A program made the translations under genes and the position numbers. From Alphaproteobacteria bacterium (lineage in GTDB: Bacteria; Pseudomonadota; Alphaproteobacteria; Bin95), in contig OZ224045.1 in assembly GCA_963665325.3 (NCBI GenBank), forward strand, positions 928,001 to 992,000: a stretch of DNA of 64,000 bases, given 5' to 3'. A model generated the notes under the pieces. The model was given only the letters and a program-made list of their open reading frames with translations, searched no databases and was not told where the DNA came from. Every line of letters begins with the position of its first letter. The first letter of the stretch is position 1. Positions 1 through 10,540 of this stretch are shown here, in pieces.

Positions 1-2
1 TC

Positions 3-374
3 CTGCCGGTTCTGGCGCCGCCCTGGAACCGGATCGACCCGGTGCTGGCAGAACGACTGCCGGCGGCGGGCTGGCAGGGCCTCTCCGTCTTTCGCCCCCG
101 CCTCAGGGCCTTCGAGTCCAACGCCCATGTCGATCCGATCGCCTGGCGTACGCACCGTCGCTTTCGCGGCGAGGCCGAGGTGCTTGGCGACATCGCCGCC
201 CATCTCCGCGCCCGGCGCACGGGAACGGCAGACCGGAGCGAGCCGACCGGCATCCTCTCTCATCACCTGGTCGCCGACGAAGCCGGTTTCGCCTTCTTCC
301 GCCGGCTCGTCCGCTTCACCGACGCGCACCCCCGCGCCCGCTGGCGAGACCCTGCAACCCTGTGGCCGAAGTGA
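3..374 (+). CDS. Polysaccharide deacetylase-like protein, C-terminal part (truncated by window edge)
   Basis: Frame open from window start: LAPPWNRID...NAHVDPIAW...GILSHHL, motifs typical of this family. Confidence 0.6.
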   Translation: MPVLAPPWNRIDPVLAERLPAAGWQGLSVFRPRLRAFESNAHVDPIAWRTHRRFRGEAEVLGDIAAHLRARRTGTADRSEPTGILSHHLVADEAGFAFFRRLVRFTDAHPRARWRDPATLWPK

Positions 375-512
375 ACGAAGCGGGGCCCCAAGCATCCTCG
401 ACAAGTTGCAGTAGCATGCCGAACCGCTATATCTCTCGTCCTGTGCGTCGTCCTGCGGATAGATTGTCATTTGTCGGTCGGAACCGACGCCAAACCCGGT
501 GAGGCGATCCCT

Positions 513-965
513 ATGCAGTTGACGCGATACAGCGACTATTCCCTGAGGGCCCTCATCTATCTGGGCCTCAACCGGCACCGGCGCTGCACCATCCGGGAAA
601 TCGCCGCCGCCTACGGCATTTCGGAAAACCATTTGATGAAACTGGTCCACGATCTGGGCCGGCGAGGTTTCATTGCGACCATTCGAGGGAAAAACGGCGG
701 CCTTGAGCTCGCAAGGCCGGCGAGCGAAATCAATCTGGGCGAAGTATTCCGGGCGACCGAAGGGAATTTCCATCTTGTCGAGTGCTTTGCGGACACGAAT
801 TCCTGTCCGATAGCAGGGCCCTGTGTGCTGAGCCGGGTTCTGGACGAGGCCCTGCAGGCCTTTATGGAGGTCCTCGACCGGCACACCCTCGATGACCTCC
901 TAACGCCGACGGACGCCCTGAACCGCATATTCGCGACCGGGCAAACGGACGCGATTCGAGTGTGA
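513..965 (+). CDS. nsrR: Rrf2-family NO-responsive repressor NsrR
   Basis: MQLTRYSDYSLRALIYL, wHTH with RGKNGG, three Cys in LVECF..NSC..GPC; adjacent to nirK. Confidence 0.88.
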   Translation: MQLTRYSDYSLRALIYLGLNRHRRCTIREIAAAYGISENHLMKLVHDLGRRGFIATIRGKNGGLELARPASEINLGEVFRATEGNFHLVECFADTNSCPIAGPCVLSRVLDEALQAFMEVLDRHTLDDLLTPTDALNRIFATGQTDAIRV

Positions 966-980
966 GGGACCGTCCGGGCG

Positions 981-1787
981 CTACAGGTCCCGGACGACCC
1001 GAAAACCGAAATTACCGGGCATGGGCTTGATCGAGCAGCCGCCGCTTCCGATGTCGCGCACGAAGGTCGGCATGTAGCTCCTGTGCTCGCCCTGCAGGAT
1101 CCGGGTGCCGCAATTCCGTCGGGAAATCCGGCCGTCCCGTGATTCGTAGGTCCGCTGCCAGCAACTGTCGGTCCACTCCCACACATTGCCTTCCGTGCCG
1201 AACACGCCGAATGCATTGGCCTTGCCGGAATCGACCGGCTTCGTCTTCTTCGTCTTCCTCGCCTCAAGCAGATAGGTCGCCGCCCAGGCCAGCCTCGGGT
1301 CGGTGAACAGCGGCGGCGGGCCGACCCGTTCGCCGGCGCCCGCCCGGGCCGCATACTCCCATTCGTCTTCGCTCGGCAGGCGGTAACGGCGGCCCGTCGC
1401 CTCCGAAAGCCAGTCGAGATATCGGGCGACATCGTCCCAGCTCACGTCGATGACGGGCCGGTTCGCGCGGCCCCACCCCCTGTCGTTGGGGCGGTGCGTA
1501 CATCCCCCGGCCCGGTGGCAGCGGTCCCACTGCTCGAACGTGACCTCGAACCTTCCGATCAGGAAGGGGTGCTCGAAGACGACATGGCGCGGCTCTCCGG
1601 TGCCATCGGGCCGGGCGACCGCTATCTCGCCGGCGGGGACGAGAACGAGCTCGGGCAGGTATTCGTCCGGAACCGCAGGTGCGAAGGATGCGCGGAGAGC
1701 CGGGCCGCTGAAGAACAGCAGCAGGGCCGCGAGCCCTGCCACGAACCCGGTCAGCACAGCAAGCCGGCCCGTCGATAGTCCGGACAT
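981..1787 (-). CDS. nirV: NirV-like formylglycine-generating enzyme (SUMF1) family protein with N-terminal anchor
   Basis: FEVTFEQW, RLPSEDEWEYAARAG, GNVWEW, GFRVVR motifs; directly downstream of nirK. Confidence 0.8.
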   Translation of the reverse strand: MSGLSTGRLAVLTGFVAGLAALLLFFSGPALRASFAPAVPDEYLPELVLVPAGEIAVARPDGTGEPRHVVFEHPFLIGRFEVTFEQWDRCHRAGGCTHRPNDRGWGRANRPVIDVSWDDVARYLDWLSEATGRRYRLPSEDEWEYAARAGAGERVGPPPLFTDPRLAWAATYLLEARKTKKTKPVDSGKANAFGVFGTEGNVWEWTDSCWQRTYESRDGRISRRNCGTRILQGEHRSYMPTFVRDIGSGGCSIKPMPGNFGFRVVRDL

Positions 1788-1859
1788 CGGGCACTCCTGT
1801 CTGCTGCATCGCCCCGCCCGGTCCGGCCGGACCGGGAGCGGCCCGGATGCCTGTCGGGT

Positions 1860-2981
1860 CTAGGCCGGAATTGGGCCCGGCGCCTGGACCTGCGCCATCA
1901 GGTCGTCGTCCCAATCGCCGTCAACCACGACATGGGCAAGCGCGCCCAGCTGCACGGCCTCGATCAGGTTGTGGGAGAGGTACACATACACGCCCGACTG
2001 CCGGAAGGTGTAGAGCGCCGCACCCGCGGAGCCGCCCCGGATGAACCAGGTCTCGAGGCCTTCCATCGGCGGATCGACGAAGGAGCCCTGCTCCCAGACA
2101 TAGTCGCCGTGGCCGCCGATGAGATGCGGCCTCGAATCCCGGTTGGCCTGGGAGTGGACGAACAGCACGGACTCGCCGACCTTGGAGGTCAGGGCGTTGT
2201 CGCCGGTAAGCGCGCCGACCTTGCCGTTCATCACGACATGCGTGGGCGTGAGCGTGCGCATCAGGTCGAGCGTGTCGGCCATCGCGTCGCTGTGCGACTC
2301 GTATTCCATGTAGTCGCCATCGGCATTGCGCGGGACGTAGAAGTCCTGCTCGCCGACATAATAGACCTTGTCGTAGCTGAGCCGGTTGCCCTGGCGGTCC
2401 TTCAGCCCATCCCTCGGCAGCACCATGACCGCGCCGTTCATTCCGGAAACGACATGGTAAGGAATCATGATTCCCCCGGGCGCGCAGTGGTAGATGAAGG
2501 TGCCCGGCTTGGTCGCCTTCCAGCGGAGCACGACCTGTTCGCCCGGCTGGACGAGCGTAAGCCCGCCGCCGCCGAGAGCGCCCGTGGACGCATGGAAGTC
2601 GATATTGTGCTCCATGACGTTGGTTTCGGGGTTCTTCAGCGTGAGCTCGATATAGTCGCCCTCGTGGCAGACCATCAGCGGGCCGGGAATCGAGCCGTTG
2701 AACGACAGGGCGTTGATGACGGTCCCGTCATCGTCGATCTCGCGCTTCTCCTCGTGGACGGTCAGCTCCACCTCGACAATCTTCGGACCGCCCGTCGCGA
2801 CCTGCTCGTGTTCCGGCGCGAATGGCGGAGCAACGAGCTCCTGCTTGACACGCGGCAGGTTGGCGAGGTCGGCCTTGACCGCGGCGTTGCCCGTCGAGGC
2901 CTTCACGATGGGGCTCAAAGCCGAAATGGCGCCCAAGGTGCCGCCGGCCCCAAGAAGCTGGCGTCTGTTCAACTGAAGCAT
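1860..2981 (-). CDS. nirK: Copper-containing nitrite reductase
   Basis: Tat signal NRRQLL; [29 protein letters not shown] and YLSHNL copper-ligand motifs. Confidence 0.97.
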   Translation of the reverse strand: MLQLNRRQLLGAGGTLGAISALSPIVKASTGNAAVKADLANLPRVKQELVAPPFAPEHEQVATGGPKIVEVELTVHEEKREIDDDGTVINALSFNGSIPGPLMVCHEGDYIELTLKNPETNVMEHNIDFHASTGALGGGGLTLVQPGEQVVLRWKATKPGTFIYHCAPGGIMIPYHVVSGMNGAVMVLPRDGLKDRQGNRLSYDKVYYVGEQDFYVPRNADGDYMEYESHSDAMADTLDLMRTLTPTHVVMNGKVGALTGDNALTSKVGESVLFVHSQANRDSRPHLIGGHGDYVWEQGSFVDPPMEGLETWFIRGGSAGAALYTFRQSGVYVYLSHNLIEAVQLGALAHVVVDGDWDDDLMAQVQAPGPIPA

Positions 2982-3086
2982 GACTCGCGTCTCCTGTCTG
3001 CTTTTGCCTCACGGCCTGGGTCGATGCACCCAAACGCGGACCGTCGGTGCAACCGGCACATTCGCCGGTCCGAATATGGGGACTAG

Positions 3087-3109
3087 AAGATGTATCCTGA
3101 ATGAATGTT
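3087..3109. promoter_or_regulatory. NsrR operator upstream of nirK
   Basis: AAGATGTAT-CCTGA-ATGAATGTT matches AAnATGyAT-N5-ATrCATnTT with one mismatch; minus-strand TTGACA at 3121-3116 just upstream. Confidence 0.78.
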
Positions 3110-3252
3110 ATAGACTGTCAAGCAGGAACGGCCGCTTCGGTAGGCAGCGGAATTGCGGCGGCCAGCGGAATCGCGCACACTCGAACCGGTCCGGGTCAAA
3201 AGGGGGCCGCGCGATCTCGACGACGGCGGAATCGGCCGCACCCGGAGGGGGC

Positions 3253-3747
3253 GTGGCGCTGGGTTATCCGGCCAGGACGCTGTGGCCGGACTATGTGCGC
3301 GCGGGCATCGGGCTTTCCATCGCGCTCCTGCCGATGCCGTGGGTGCCACCCGGCAGTTTCGGCAATTGGCTGCTTGCTTTGCTTGCCCTGCTGTTCGGCG
3401 GGTTCGCCGCCATGACCTGGGTGAAACAGCGCTCCACGGTACGGATGAACCCGGACGGCATCCGCATCCATGGGCCGGTGGGGAAAGCCATTGCCTGGGA
3501 TACGCTCGACCGGCTTGCGCTGCGGTTCTATTCCACGCGCAGGGAACGCGGCCATGGCTGGATGCAAATGAAACTTGCCGGCGGCGGCACGACGATCACC
3601 GTCGATTCCAACCTTGATCGGTTCAACCTCGTGGCCGCGCGGGCGGCTCGGGCGGCGGCCGAAAACGCGCTCGCGCTTGACCCGACCACGCTTGCGAATC
3701 TGGAGTCGCTCGGTGTGTGGCCGGTCGATATGGAGGCCGCGCGTTGA
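3253..3747 (+). CDS. Hypothetical membrane protein (2 TM helices plus possible bacterial PH-like domain)
   Basis: GGAGG RBS before GTG at 3253; two hydrophobic segments followed by a beta-rich region. Confidence 0.6.
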   Translation: MALGYPARTLWPDYVRAGIGLSIALLPMPWVPPGSFGNWLLALLALLFGGFAAMTWVKQRSTVRMNPDGIRIHGPVGKAIAWDTLDRLALRFYSTRRERGHGWMQMKLAGGGTTITVDSNLDRFNLVAARAARAAAENALALDPTTLANLESLGVWPVDMEAAR

Positions 3748-3772
3748 GCGCGCGTGTGGAGAGGTCCGCGCG

Positions 3773-5656
3773 TTGAGCGCGCTGTTGGAAATCGACAATC
3801 TTGCGGTGGACTTCAACACGCCGGGAGGCGCGATCAGGGCCGTGGACGGGGTGTCCTTCTCGATCCCGCACGGTCGGACGGTCGCCCTGGTCGGGGAATC
3901 GGGCTCCGGCAAGTCAGTGACCGCGCAGGCCATCTTGGGCATCCTGCCGCGCGCCGCCGCCATTCGCTCGGGAGCTATCCGGCTGCGGCAGGAAGGGCGG
4001 CCCGAAGTGGACATCGCCGCTCTCGACCCGGACAGCCGACGGATGCGCCGCCTGCGCGGCGGCGCCGTCTCGATCATCTTCCAGGAGCCGATGACTTCGC
4101 TCTCGCCCTTGCACACCGTGGGCGACCAGGTCTCGGAAGCGCTGCGCCTGCACAGCGGCGCGGGGTCGGACCGCTTGCGCGCCGAAACCGCCGAAATGCT
4201 GCGCCTGGTCGGCTTCCCGGACCCAGAGCGCGCGCTCGACACCTATCCCTTCGAACTGTCGGGCGGCTTGCGCCAGCGGGCGATGATCGCCATGGCGCTG
4301 ATCTGCCGGCCGGCACTGCTGATCGCCGACGAGCCGACCACGGCCCTCGATGTGACCGTGCAGGCGCAGATCCTGAAGCTGGTCAAGGACCTCCAGCAAG
4401 AGCTCGGCATGGCGGTGCTGATGATTACCCACGACCTCGGCGTCGTCGCAAACATGGCCGACGATCTGGTGGTGATGTATCACGGTCGCATCGTCGAGGC
4501 GGGCAGCGCCGAGGATGTGTTCCGGCGTGCACAGCATCCGTACCTGAAGGCACTGCTTCGCGCCGTGCCGCGCTTCCATATGGCCGAAGGCGAGCGCCTG
4601 ACGCCGATTCGCGAGGTGCGGCCGGAAACCGGGCGGCTGCTCTCGGGGGATAACCGGGCGGCGCCTGACGTGCCTGCCGACCGTCCCTTGCTGGACGTCC
4701 GCGGCCTTACCAAGCGCTATGGCAGCCGCAAGGCCGGGATTCTCGGTGGCGGCGCCGACGAAGGCGTGCTCGCGGTGGACGATGTAAGCTTCAGCATCGA
4801 ACGCGGCGAATGCCTGGGCCTGGTCGGGGAGAGCGGTTGCGGCAAGAGCACGACGGCCAAGATCGTCATGCGCGCGCTGACGCCGGACCGGGGCGAGGTG
4901 CTGTTCGACGACAATGGCACATCGGTGGACCTGTTGCGGCTTCCGCAGAAGAGCCTGCTGCCTTACCGCCGGCGCATCCAGTACATGTTCCAGGACCCGT
5001 TCAGCGCGCTCAACCCGCGCATGACCGCATTCGACATCGTGTCGGAGCCGCTGGTGGTGCATCGGATGGCAGGGCCTGACGAACGGCGCGAGATCGTGCG
5101 CGAACTGATGCATCTGGTCGGCCTCGACGAGCGCCACCTCAGCCGCTATCCGCACAGTTTCTCGGGCGGCCAGCGCCAGCGGCTGGGCATTGCGCGTGCG
5201 CTGGCGCTCAAGCCGGAACTGCTGCTTTGCGACGAGCCCGTCTCGGCGCTCGATGTTTCGGTCCAGGCGCAGGTGCTGAACCTGCTGAAGGACCTGCAGA
5301 AGGCGCTCGGCCTCACCTACCTGTTCGTGTCGCATAACCTGGCGGTGGTCGATTACATGGCCGACCGCATCGCCGTGATGTGCGCTGGAAGGCTCGTGGA
5401 AGTGGCGCCGCGCGAGACCCTGTTCCGCGATCCGCGCCATCCCTACACAAAGGCTCTGCTCACAGCGGTGCCGGAACCCGATCTCGACTATCCGCTGGAC
5501 TTTCGCGCGCTCGCCGACGAGCGGGCCTCGGAGCCGGAGCTCTGGCCAGGCCCCTTCCGGCTGGGCGATGGCGCGAAAGGGCAACTCGCGGAAGTCGAGG
5601 AAGGGCATTTCGTCCGCGTGCGGGACGGCGCGGGTCCCGGCGAGATCGCGGCGTGA
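3773..5656 (+). CDS. Peptide/nickel ABC transporter ATP-binding protein with two fused ATPase domains
   Basis: Walker A GESGSGKS and [17 protein letters not shown] signatures, HPY motifs; TTG start after GGAGAGG. Confidence 0.93.
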   Translation: MSALLEIDNLAVDFNTPGGAIRAVDGVSFSIPHGRTVALVGESGSGKSVTAQAILGILPRAAAIRSGAIRLRQEGRPEVDIAALDPDSRRMRRLRGGAVSIIFQEPMTSLSPLHTVGDQVSEALRLHSGAGSDRLRAETAEMLRLVGFPDPERALDTYPFELSGGLRQRAMIAMALICRPALLIADEPTTALDVTVQAQILKLVKDLQQELGMAVLMITHDLGVVANMADDLVVMYHGRIVEAGSAEDVFRRAQHPYLKALLRAVPRFHMAEGERLTPIREVRPETGRLLSGDNRAAPDVPADRPLLDVRGLTKRYGSRKAGILGGGADEGVLAVDDVSFSIERGECLGLVGESGCGKSTTAKIVMRALTPDRGEVLFDDNGTSVDLLRLPQKSLLPYRRRIQYMFQDPFSALNPRMTAFDIVSEPLVVHRMAGPDERREIVRELMHLVGLDERHLSRYPHSFSGGQRQRLGIARALALKPELLLCDEPVSALDVSVQAQVLNLLKDLQKALGLTYLFVSHNLAVVDYMADRIAVMCAGRLVEVAPRETLFRDPRHPYTKALLTAVPEPDLDYPLDFRALADERASEPELWPGPFRLGDGAKGQLAEVEEGHFVRVRDGAGPGEIAA

Positions 5657-7527
5657 GACTGCCGGCGATCCTGCTTGCGTTGTTTGCCCTCGTTCCGGGG
5701 GCATCGCTCGCGGCGACGGTCGAAACGCCCTCGTTGCTGGAACGGGTCCGCGCCGGGGCGCTGCCGCCGGTCGAACGGCGCCTGCCGGCCGTCCCCTATG
5801 TCGATCCGGAGGCCGGCCCCGGCCGGCATGGCGGCGACTTGCGCCTGCTGATGGCCAAGTCCAAGGACACGCGCCAGATGGTCGTGTACGGCTATGCGCG
5901 CCTCATGTGCTACACGCCGGACCTCGTGCTGGAGCCGGACATTCTGGAGCGTGTTGAAGCCGAGGAAGGCCGCGTCTTCACCCTGCATCTCCGGCCCGGT
6001 CACAAATGGTCCGACGGGCATCCCTTCACCGCCGAGGACTTCCGCTACTGGTGGGAGGATGTCGCCAACAATGCCGAGCTCTCGCCGACCGGACCGCCGG
6101 CAGCGATGCTCGTGGACGGCAAGCCGCCGGTCTTCGAGGTGCTGGACGAAAGGACACTCCGTTATAGCTGGGAGGCGCCGAATGCCGGCTTCCTGCCTGC
6201 GTTGGCAGGCGCGCGGCCGCTCTATATCTACCGCCCGGCGCACTATCTCAGGCATTTCCATGCCGCGCATGCTGCGCCCGAGGCCCTGGCTGAAGCCGTG
6301 GAGAAGGCGCGCCGGCGTTCCTGGGCAGCGCTGCACAACAAGCTGGACAGCCAATACAAGAACGACAATCCGGACCTGCCGACCCTGCAGCCATGGGCAC
6401 CGACCGTCCGGCCGCCCTCGGACCGCTTCGTCTTCACCCGTAATCCCTACTACCACCGGGTGGACGTCGGGGGCCGCCAGCTTCCCTATATCGACCGCGT
6501 GGTGATGAACATCGCCGCGAGCGGGCTCATCCCGGCAAAGACAGCCTCCGGCGCGAGCGATCTCCAGGCCCGCTACCTGCGGTTCGATAATGTGACGTTC
6601 CTGAAACGCGGCGAGGAACCGGGCGATTACAAGGTCCGCCTCTGGCGCACCGGCAAGGGCGCGCATGTGGCGCTCTACCCCAACCTCAATGCGAGCGACC
6701 CCGTCTGGAGGGCACTGTTCCGGGACCGCCGAGTGCGCCGGGCGCTGTCACTCGGCCTCTACCGCGAAGAGGTCAACGAGGTCATCTATTTCGGCCTCGC
6801 GCTCACCGGAAACAACAGCCTTCTGCCGGGAAGCCCGCTTTACGACGAAGCACTGAGGCAGCGTTGGGCGGCCTTCGACCCCGACGCAGCCAACGTCCTG
6901 CTCGACGAGGTGGGGCTTGCATGGGGCGAAGACGGGCTCCGCCTGCTACCCGACGGCCGCCCCGCGGAACTCATCGTCGAGACCGCCGGCGAGAGCACAG
7001 AAGAGACAGACATCCTGCATCTGGTCCACGACAGCTGGCTAAAGCTCGGAATCAAACTCCACGCCAAGCCGCTGCAACGGGAATTGCTGCGCAACCGCAT
7101 CTTCTCCGGGCAGGCATTGATGTCTGTCTGGTCCGGCTGGGAAAACGGCCTTGCCTCGGCGGCGATGTCCCCCGCAGAACTCGCCCCCACCAGCCAGCAA
7201 CAATTGCAATGGCCGAAATGGGGCCAGTATCACGAGACCCGGGGCGCTGCCGGCGAGCCGGCTGACATGGACGCGCCGCAGCGGCTCTACGCGCTGAACG
7301 ACGCCTGGCGCCATGCGGGCGGCCCGGAGGAACGCCGGCGTATCTGGCGCGAGATGCTGGAAATCCATGCCGAGGAGGTGTTCGTGCTCGGCATTGTCGG
7401 CGGCATCCGCCAGCCCGTGGTCGTGTCCGAGCGCCTCCGGGGTGTGCCGGAGGAGGGGTATTACAATTGGGAGCCGGGGGCGCATTTCGGCATATTCCGC
7501 CCCGACCGGTTCTGGCTGGCTGAATAG
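5653..7527 (+). CDS. ABC transporter substrate-binding protein, family 5
   Basis: GTGA overlap with ATPase; signal peptide; LPPVERRLP, KWSDGHPFTAED, RNPYYHRVD motifs. Confidence 0.92.
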   Translation: MRLPAILLALFALVPGASLAATVETPSLLERVRAGALPPVERRLPAVPYVDPEAGPGRHGGDLRLLMAKSKDTRQMVVYGYARLMCYTPDLVLEPDILERVEAEEGRVFTLHLRPGHKWSDGHPFTAEDFRYWWEDVANNAELSPTGPPAAMLVDGKPPVFEVLDERTLRYSWEAPNAGFLPALAGARPLYIYRPAHYLRHFHAAHAAPEALAEAVEKARRRSWAALHNKLDSQYKNDNPDLPTLQPWAPTVRPPSDRFVFTRNPYYHRVDVGGRQLPYIDRVVMNIAASGLIPAKTASGASDLQARYLRFDNVTFLKRGEEPGDYKVRLWRTGKGAHVALYPNLNASDPVWRALFRDRRVRRALSLGLYREEVNEVIYFGLALTGNNSLLPGSPLYDEALRQRWAAFDPDAANVLLDEVGLAWGEDGLRLLPDGRPAELIVETAGESTEETDILHLVHDSWLKLGIKLHAKPLQRELLRNRIFSGQALMSVWSGWENGLASAAMSPAELAPTSQQQLQWPKWGQYHETRGAAGEPADMDAPQRLYALNDAWRHAGGPEERRRIWREMLEIHAEEVFVLGIVGGIRQPVVVSERLRGVPEEGYYNWEPGAHFGIFRPDRFWLAE

Positions 7528-7547
7528 CGGCGGGAAGGAGGCGAGCG

Positions 7548-8546
7548 ATGCTCACCTATATCGTCCGGCGCCTGTTCATCGCGGTCCCGACGCTCGCGGT
7601 CGTGAGCGCCATCATCTTCGTCATCATCCAGCTTCCGCCGGGCGACTACCTCACCACCTATATCGCCGAGCTACAGTCCCAGGGCGAAGCTGCGGACAGC
7701 GGCAAGATCGAGTTCCTCCGCCGGCAATACGGCCTCGACCAGCCGCTCTGGAAGCAATATGTCTTCTGGGTGGTCGGCATGCTCCAGGGCGATTTCGGCT
7801 ATTCCTTCGAATACGATCTGCCGGTGTCCGACGTCGTCGGCGACCGGATCTGGCTTTCGCTGCTGCTCAATTTCTCGACCGTCATCTTCATCTGGATCGT
7901 GGCCTTTCCGATCGGCTTCTACTCCGCCACGCATCAATATTCCTGGGGCGACCACGGGCTTACCTTCCTGGGTTTCCTCGGCCTCGCCACGCCTAATTTC
8001 CTGCTGGCCCTGGTGCTGATGTATTTCCTGCGGATCGAGTTCGGCGTTTCCATCGGTGGGCTCATGGATCCGCAATATGTCGAACAGTCCATGTCCTGGT
8101 CGAAGGTGGTCTCGATAGCCGAACACCTGATCGTGCCGGTCGTGGTGATCGGCACTGCCGGCACTGCCGGCATGATCCGCCGGCTGCGCGCCAACCTGCT
8201 CGATGAGTTGCAGAAACAATATGTCGTAACAGGCCGCGCCAAGGGTCTGCCCAATCTGCGCCTGCTGCTGAAATATCCCGTGCGGATGTCGCTCAATCCG
8301 TTCGTTGCGGATATCGGCAACATGCTGCCGCAGATCGTGTCCGGCTCCGCCGTAGTCTCCATGGTGATGAGCCTGCCGACCACGGGGCCGATGCTGATCG
8401 AGGCGCTGCGCAGCCAGGACATGTATCTCGCCGGCTCCTTCCTGATGTTCCTGTCCGTCCTCACCATCGTCGGGATGCTGCTGTCCGATCTGGCGCTTGC
8501 CCTGCTCGACCCGCGCATCCGGCTCGGGGGCCGCGCCCAGCGATGA
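7548..8546 (+). CDS. ABC transporter permease (OppB/DppB-like)
   Basis: YGLDQP, GDFGYS, EAA-like YVVTGRAKG, LLDPRIR. Confidence 0.94.
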   Translation: MLTYIVRRLFIAVPTLAVVSAIIFVIIQLPPGDYLTTYIAELQSQGEAADSGKIEFLRRQYGLDQPLWKQYVFWVVGMLQGDFGYSFEYDLPVSDVVGDRIWLSLLLNFSTVIFIWIVAFPIGFYSATHQYSWGDHGLTFLGFLGLATPNFLLALVLMYFLRIEFGVSIGGLMDPQYVEQSMSWSKVVSIAEHLIVPVVVIGTAGTAGMIRRLRANLLDELQKQYVVTGRAKGLPNLRLLLKYPVRMSLNPFVADIGNMLPQIVSGSAVVSMVMSLPTTGPMLIEALRSQDMYLAGSFLMFLSVLTIVGMLLSDLALALLDPRIRLGGRAQR

Positions 8547-9703
8547 ACGACCGGCCCGAACATTTCGTCGATACCGCCCCCTGGGACCCGCATACCGTCG
8601 AAGCGCTGACGCCGGAACAGGAGCGCTACTACCTCGCGACGCAGTGGCAGTTGATGTGGTGGAAGCTGAAGCGCCACAAGCTCGCCGTCGCCTCCGGCAT
8701 CGTGCTTCTCCTGCTCTACGCCTCGGTCCTGATCTCCGAATTCCTGGCGCCCTACAACCTGCACAGCCGCAATATCCACCATATCCACGCGCCGCCGCAG
8801 ACGATCCACCTCTTCCATGAGGGCGGGTTCATCGGGCCGTTCGTCTATGGTTATTCCCGTTCGCTCGATCTCGCTCAATTGAAGCGGGTCTATGTCGAGG
8901 ATCCGGAAAAGGTCTATCCGCTGCGTTTCTTCTGCACCGGCGACGATTATCGCTTCTGGGGCCTGTTCGAGGCGGACCTGCACCTCGTTTGTGCGGCGGA
9001 TCGGGACGGAGCAACGCTCTTCCTGCTTGGCACGGACCGGCTCGGGCGCGATGTGCTCTCGCGGATTATCTACGGCGCGCGCATCTCGCTGACCGTGGGG
9101 CTGATCGGCATCCTGATCTCCTTCACGCTCGGCATCGTCATCGGCGGCCTTGCCGGATATTACGGCGGCTGGGTGGACAGCCTCTCGCAGCGGACCATCG
9201 AGATCGTGCGCTCCTTCCCGGAGCTGCCGCTCTGGATGGCGCTTTCGGCCGCCTTGCCGGTCACCTGGTCGCCGGTGCTGGTCTTCTTCGGCATTACGAT
9301 CATCCTGGGCCTGCTCGACTGGACGGGGCTTGCGCGCGCCGTGCGCTCCAAGCTGCTGGCGCTTCGGGAGGAAGATTTCTGCACAGCGGCGCAACTCATG
9401 GGCGCGAGCCCGGGGCGCATTATCGGGCGCCACCTGCTGCCGGGATTCGCGAGCCACCTGATCGCCTCGGCCACGCTCTCGATCCCGAGCATGATCCTCG
9501 GCGAGACGGCGCTCAGCTATCTGGGGCTCGGCCTCCGGCCGCCGGTCACGAGCTGGGGCGTGCTGCTGACGGAAGCGCAGAACATGAATGTCGTGGTGCT
9601 CTATCCCTGGCTGATGCTGCCGGTCGTGCCCGTCGTGGTGACGGTGCTGGCCTTCAATTTCCTGGGCGACGGGTTGCGCGACGCCGCCGATCCTTACAAG
9701 TAG
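8543..9703 (+). CDS. ABC transporter permease (OppC/DppC-like)
   Basis: LLGTDRLGRD, EAA loop, FNFLGDGLRDAADP; ATGA overlap. Confidence 0.94.
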   Translation: MNDRPEHFVDTAPWDPHTVEALTPEQERYYLATQWQLMWWKLKRHKLAVASGIVLLLLYASVLISEFLAPYNLHSRNIHHIHAPPQTIHLFHEGGFIGPFVYGYSRSLDLAQLKRVYVEDPEKVYPLRFFCTGDDYRFWGLFEADLHLVCAADRDGATLFLLGTDRLGRDVLSRIIYGARISLTVGLIGILISFTLGIVIGGLAGYYGGWVDSLSQRTIEIVRSFPELPLWMALSAALPVTWSPVLVFFGITIILGLLDWTGLARAVRSKLLALREEDFCTAAQLMGASPGRIIGRHLLPGFASHLIASATLSIPSMILGETALSYLGLGLRPPVTSWGVLLTEAQNMNVVVLYPWLMLPVVPVVVTVLAFNFLGDGLRDAADPYK

Positions 9704-9742
9704 AGGCGACGACAAGACGGGGCGGAACGACGGGAGGGACCC

Positions 9743-10540
9743 TTGGCGGAGATGGATGGAAAGGTCGTGCTGGTCGCGGGCGCCGGCGCGATGGACCCGG
9801 ACGGCATCGGCAACGGTCGTGCGGCGGCGATCCTGATGGCGGAGGCCGGCGCGCGCATCATGTGCGTGGACCGGGACTTGGCGCTCGCCGAGCGCACGGT
9901 CGAGATGATCGCCGAGCGAGGCGGCGAGGCGGTCGCCTGTGCTGCCGACATCACCGTGAACGAGGATTGCGCCGCCATGGTGGCCGCTACGCTGGAGCGG
10001 TTCGGGCGGCTTGACGGGCTTGACAACAATGTCGGTATTTCCTCGCGCGGCTCCGTGGTCGAGGAGACCGAGGAGGCTTGGGAGCGCGTCATGGAGGTGA
10101 ATGTGAAGGGCATGTTCCTCGCCGCCAAACACGCCATTCCGGCGATGGTTTCGACGGCGGGCGGCGGAGCGGTGGTCAATGTGTCCTCGATCTCGGCGCT
10201 CCGCCCGCGCGGCCTCACCGTCTATTCCGCGTCGAAGGGCGCCGTCATCGCGCTCACCCGCGCCATGGCGGTGGATCATGGCGGCCAGGGGGTGCGGGTC
10301 AACTGCGTGGCGCCCGGGCCGGTCTATACGCCGATGGTCTATGGGCGCGGGCCGGGGATGAGCGAGACCGCGCGGCGGGCGCGCGCCGACGCGTCGCTGC
10401 TGAAGACCGAGGGCACCGGATGGGACATCGGCGAGGCAGTGCGCTTCCTGCTCTCCGACCGCTCCAGCTGGATCACCGGGCACACGCTCGTAGTGGACGG
10501 CGGCGCCTCCGTGCGCGGCCCGGAAAGGGATACCGTCTGA
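9743..10540 (+). CDS. Short-chain dehydrogenase/reductase
   Basis: GAG..GIGNG, NNVG, YSASK catalytic motif, NCVAPG. Confidence 0.93.
   Translation: MAEMDGKVVLVAGAGAMDPDGIGNGRAAAILMAEAGARIMCVDRDLALAERTVEMIAERGGEAVACAADITVNEDCAAMVAATLERFGRLDGLDNNVGISSRGSVVEETEEAWERVMEVNVKGMFLAAKHAIPAMVSTAGGGAVVNVSSISALRPRGLTVYSASKGAVIALTRAMAVDHGGQGVRVNCVAPGPVYTPMVYGRGPGMSETARRARADASLLKTEGTGWDIGEAVRFLLSDRSSWITGHTLVVDGGASVRGPERDTV

Noticed and set aside
7934-10483. Long antisense ORFs (849 aa here; also 3914-5704, 24168-25916, 33753-35759, 58364-60376, 61085-62803)
   Set aside because: Shadows of well-supported genes in high-GC DNA, with no recognisable motifs
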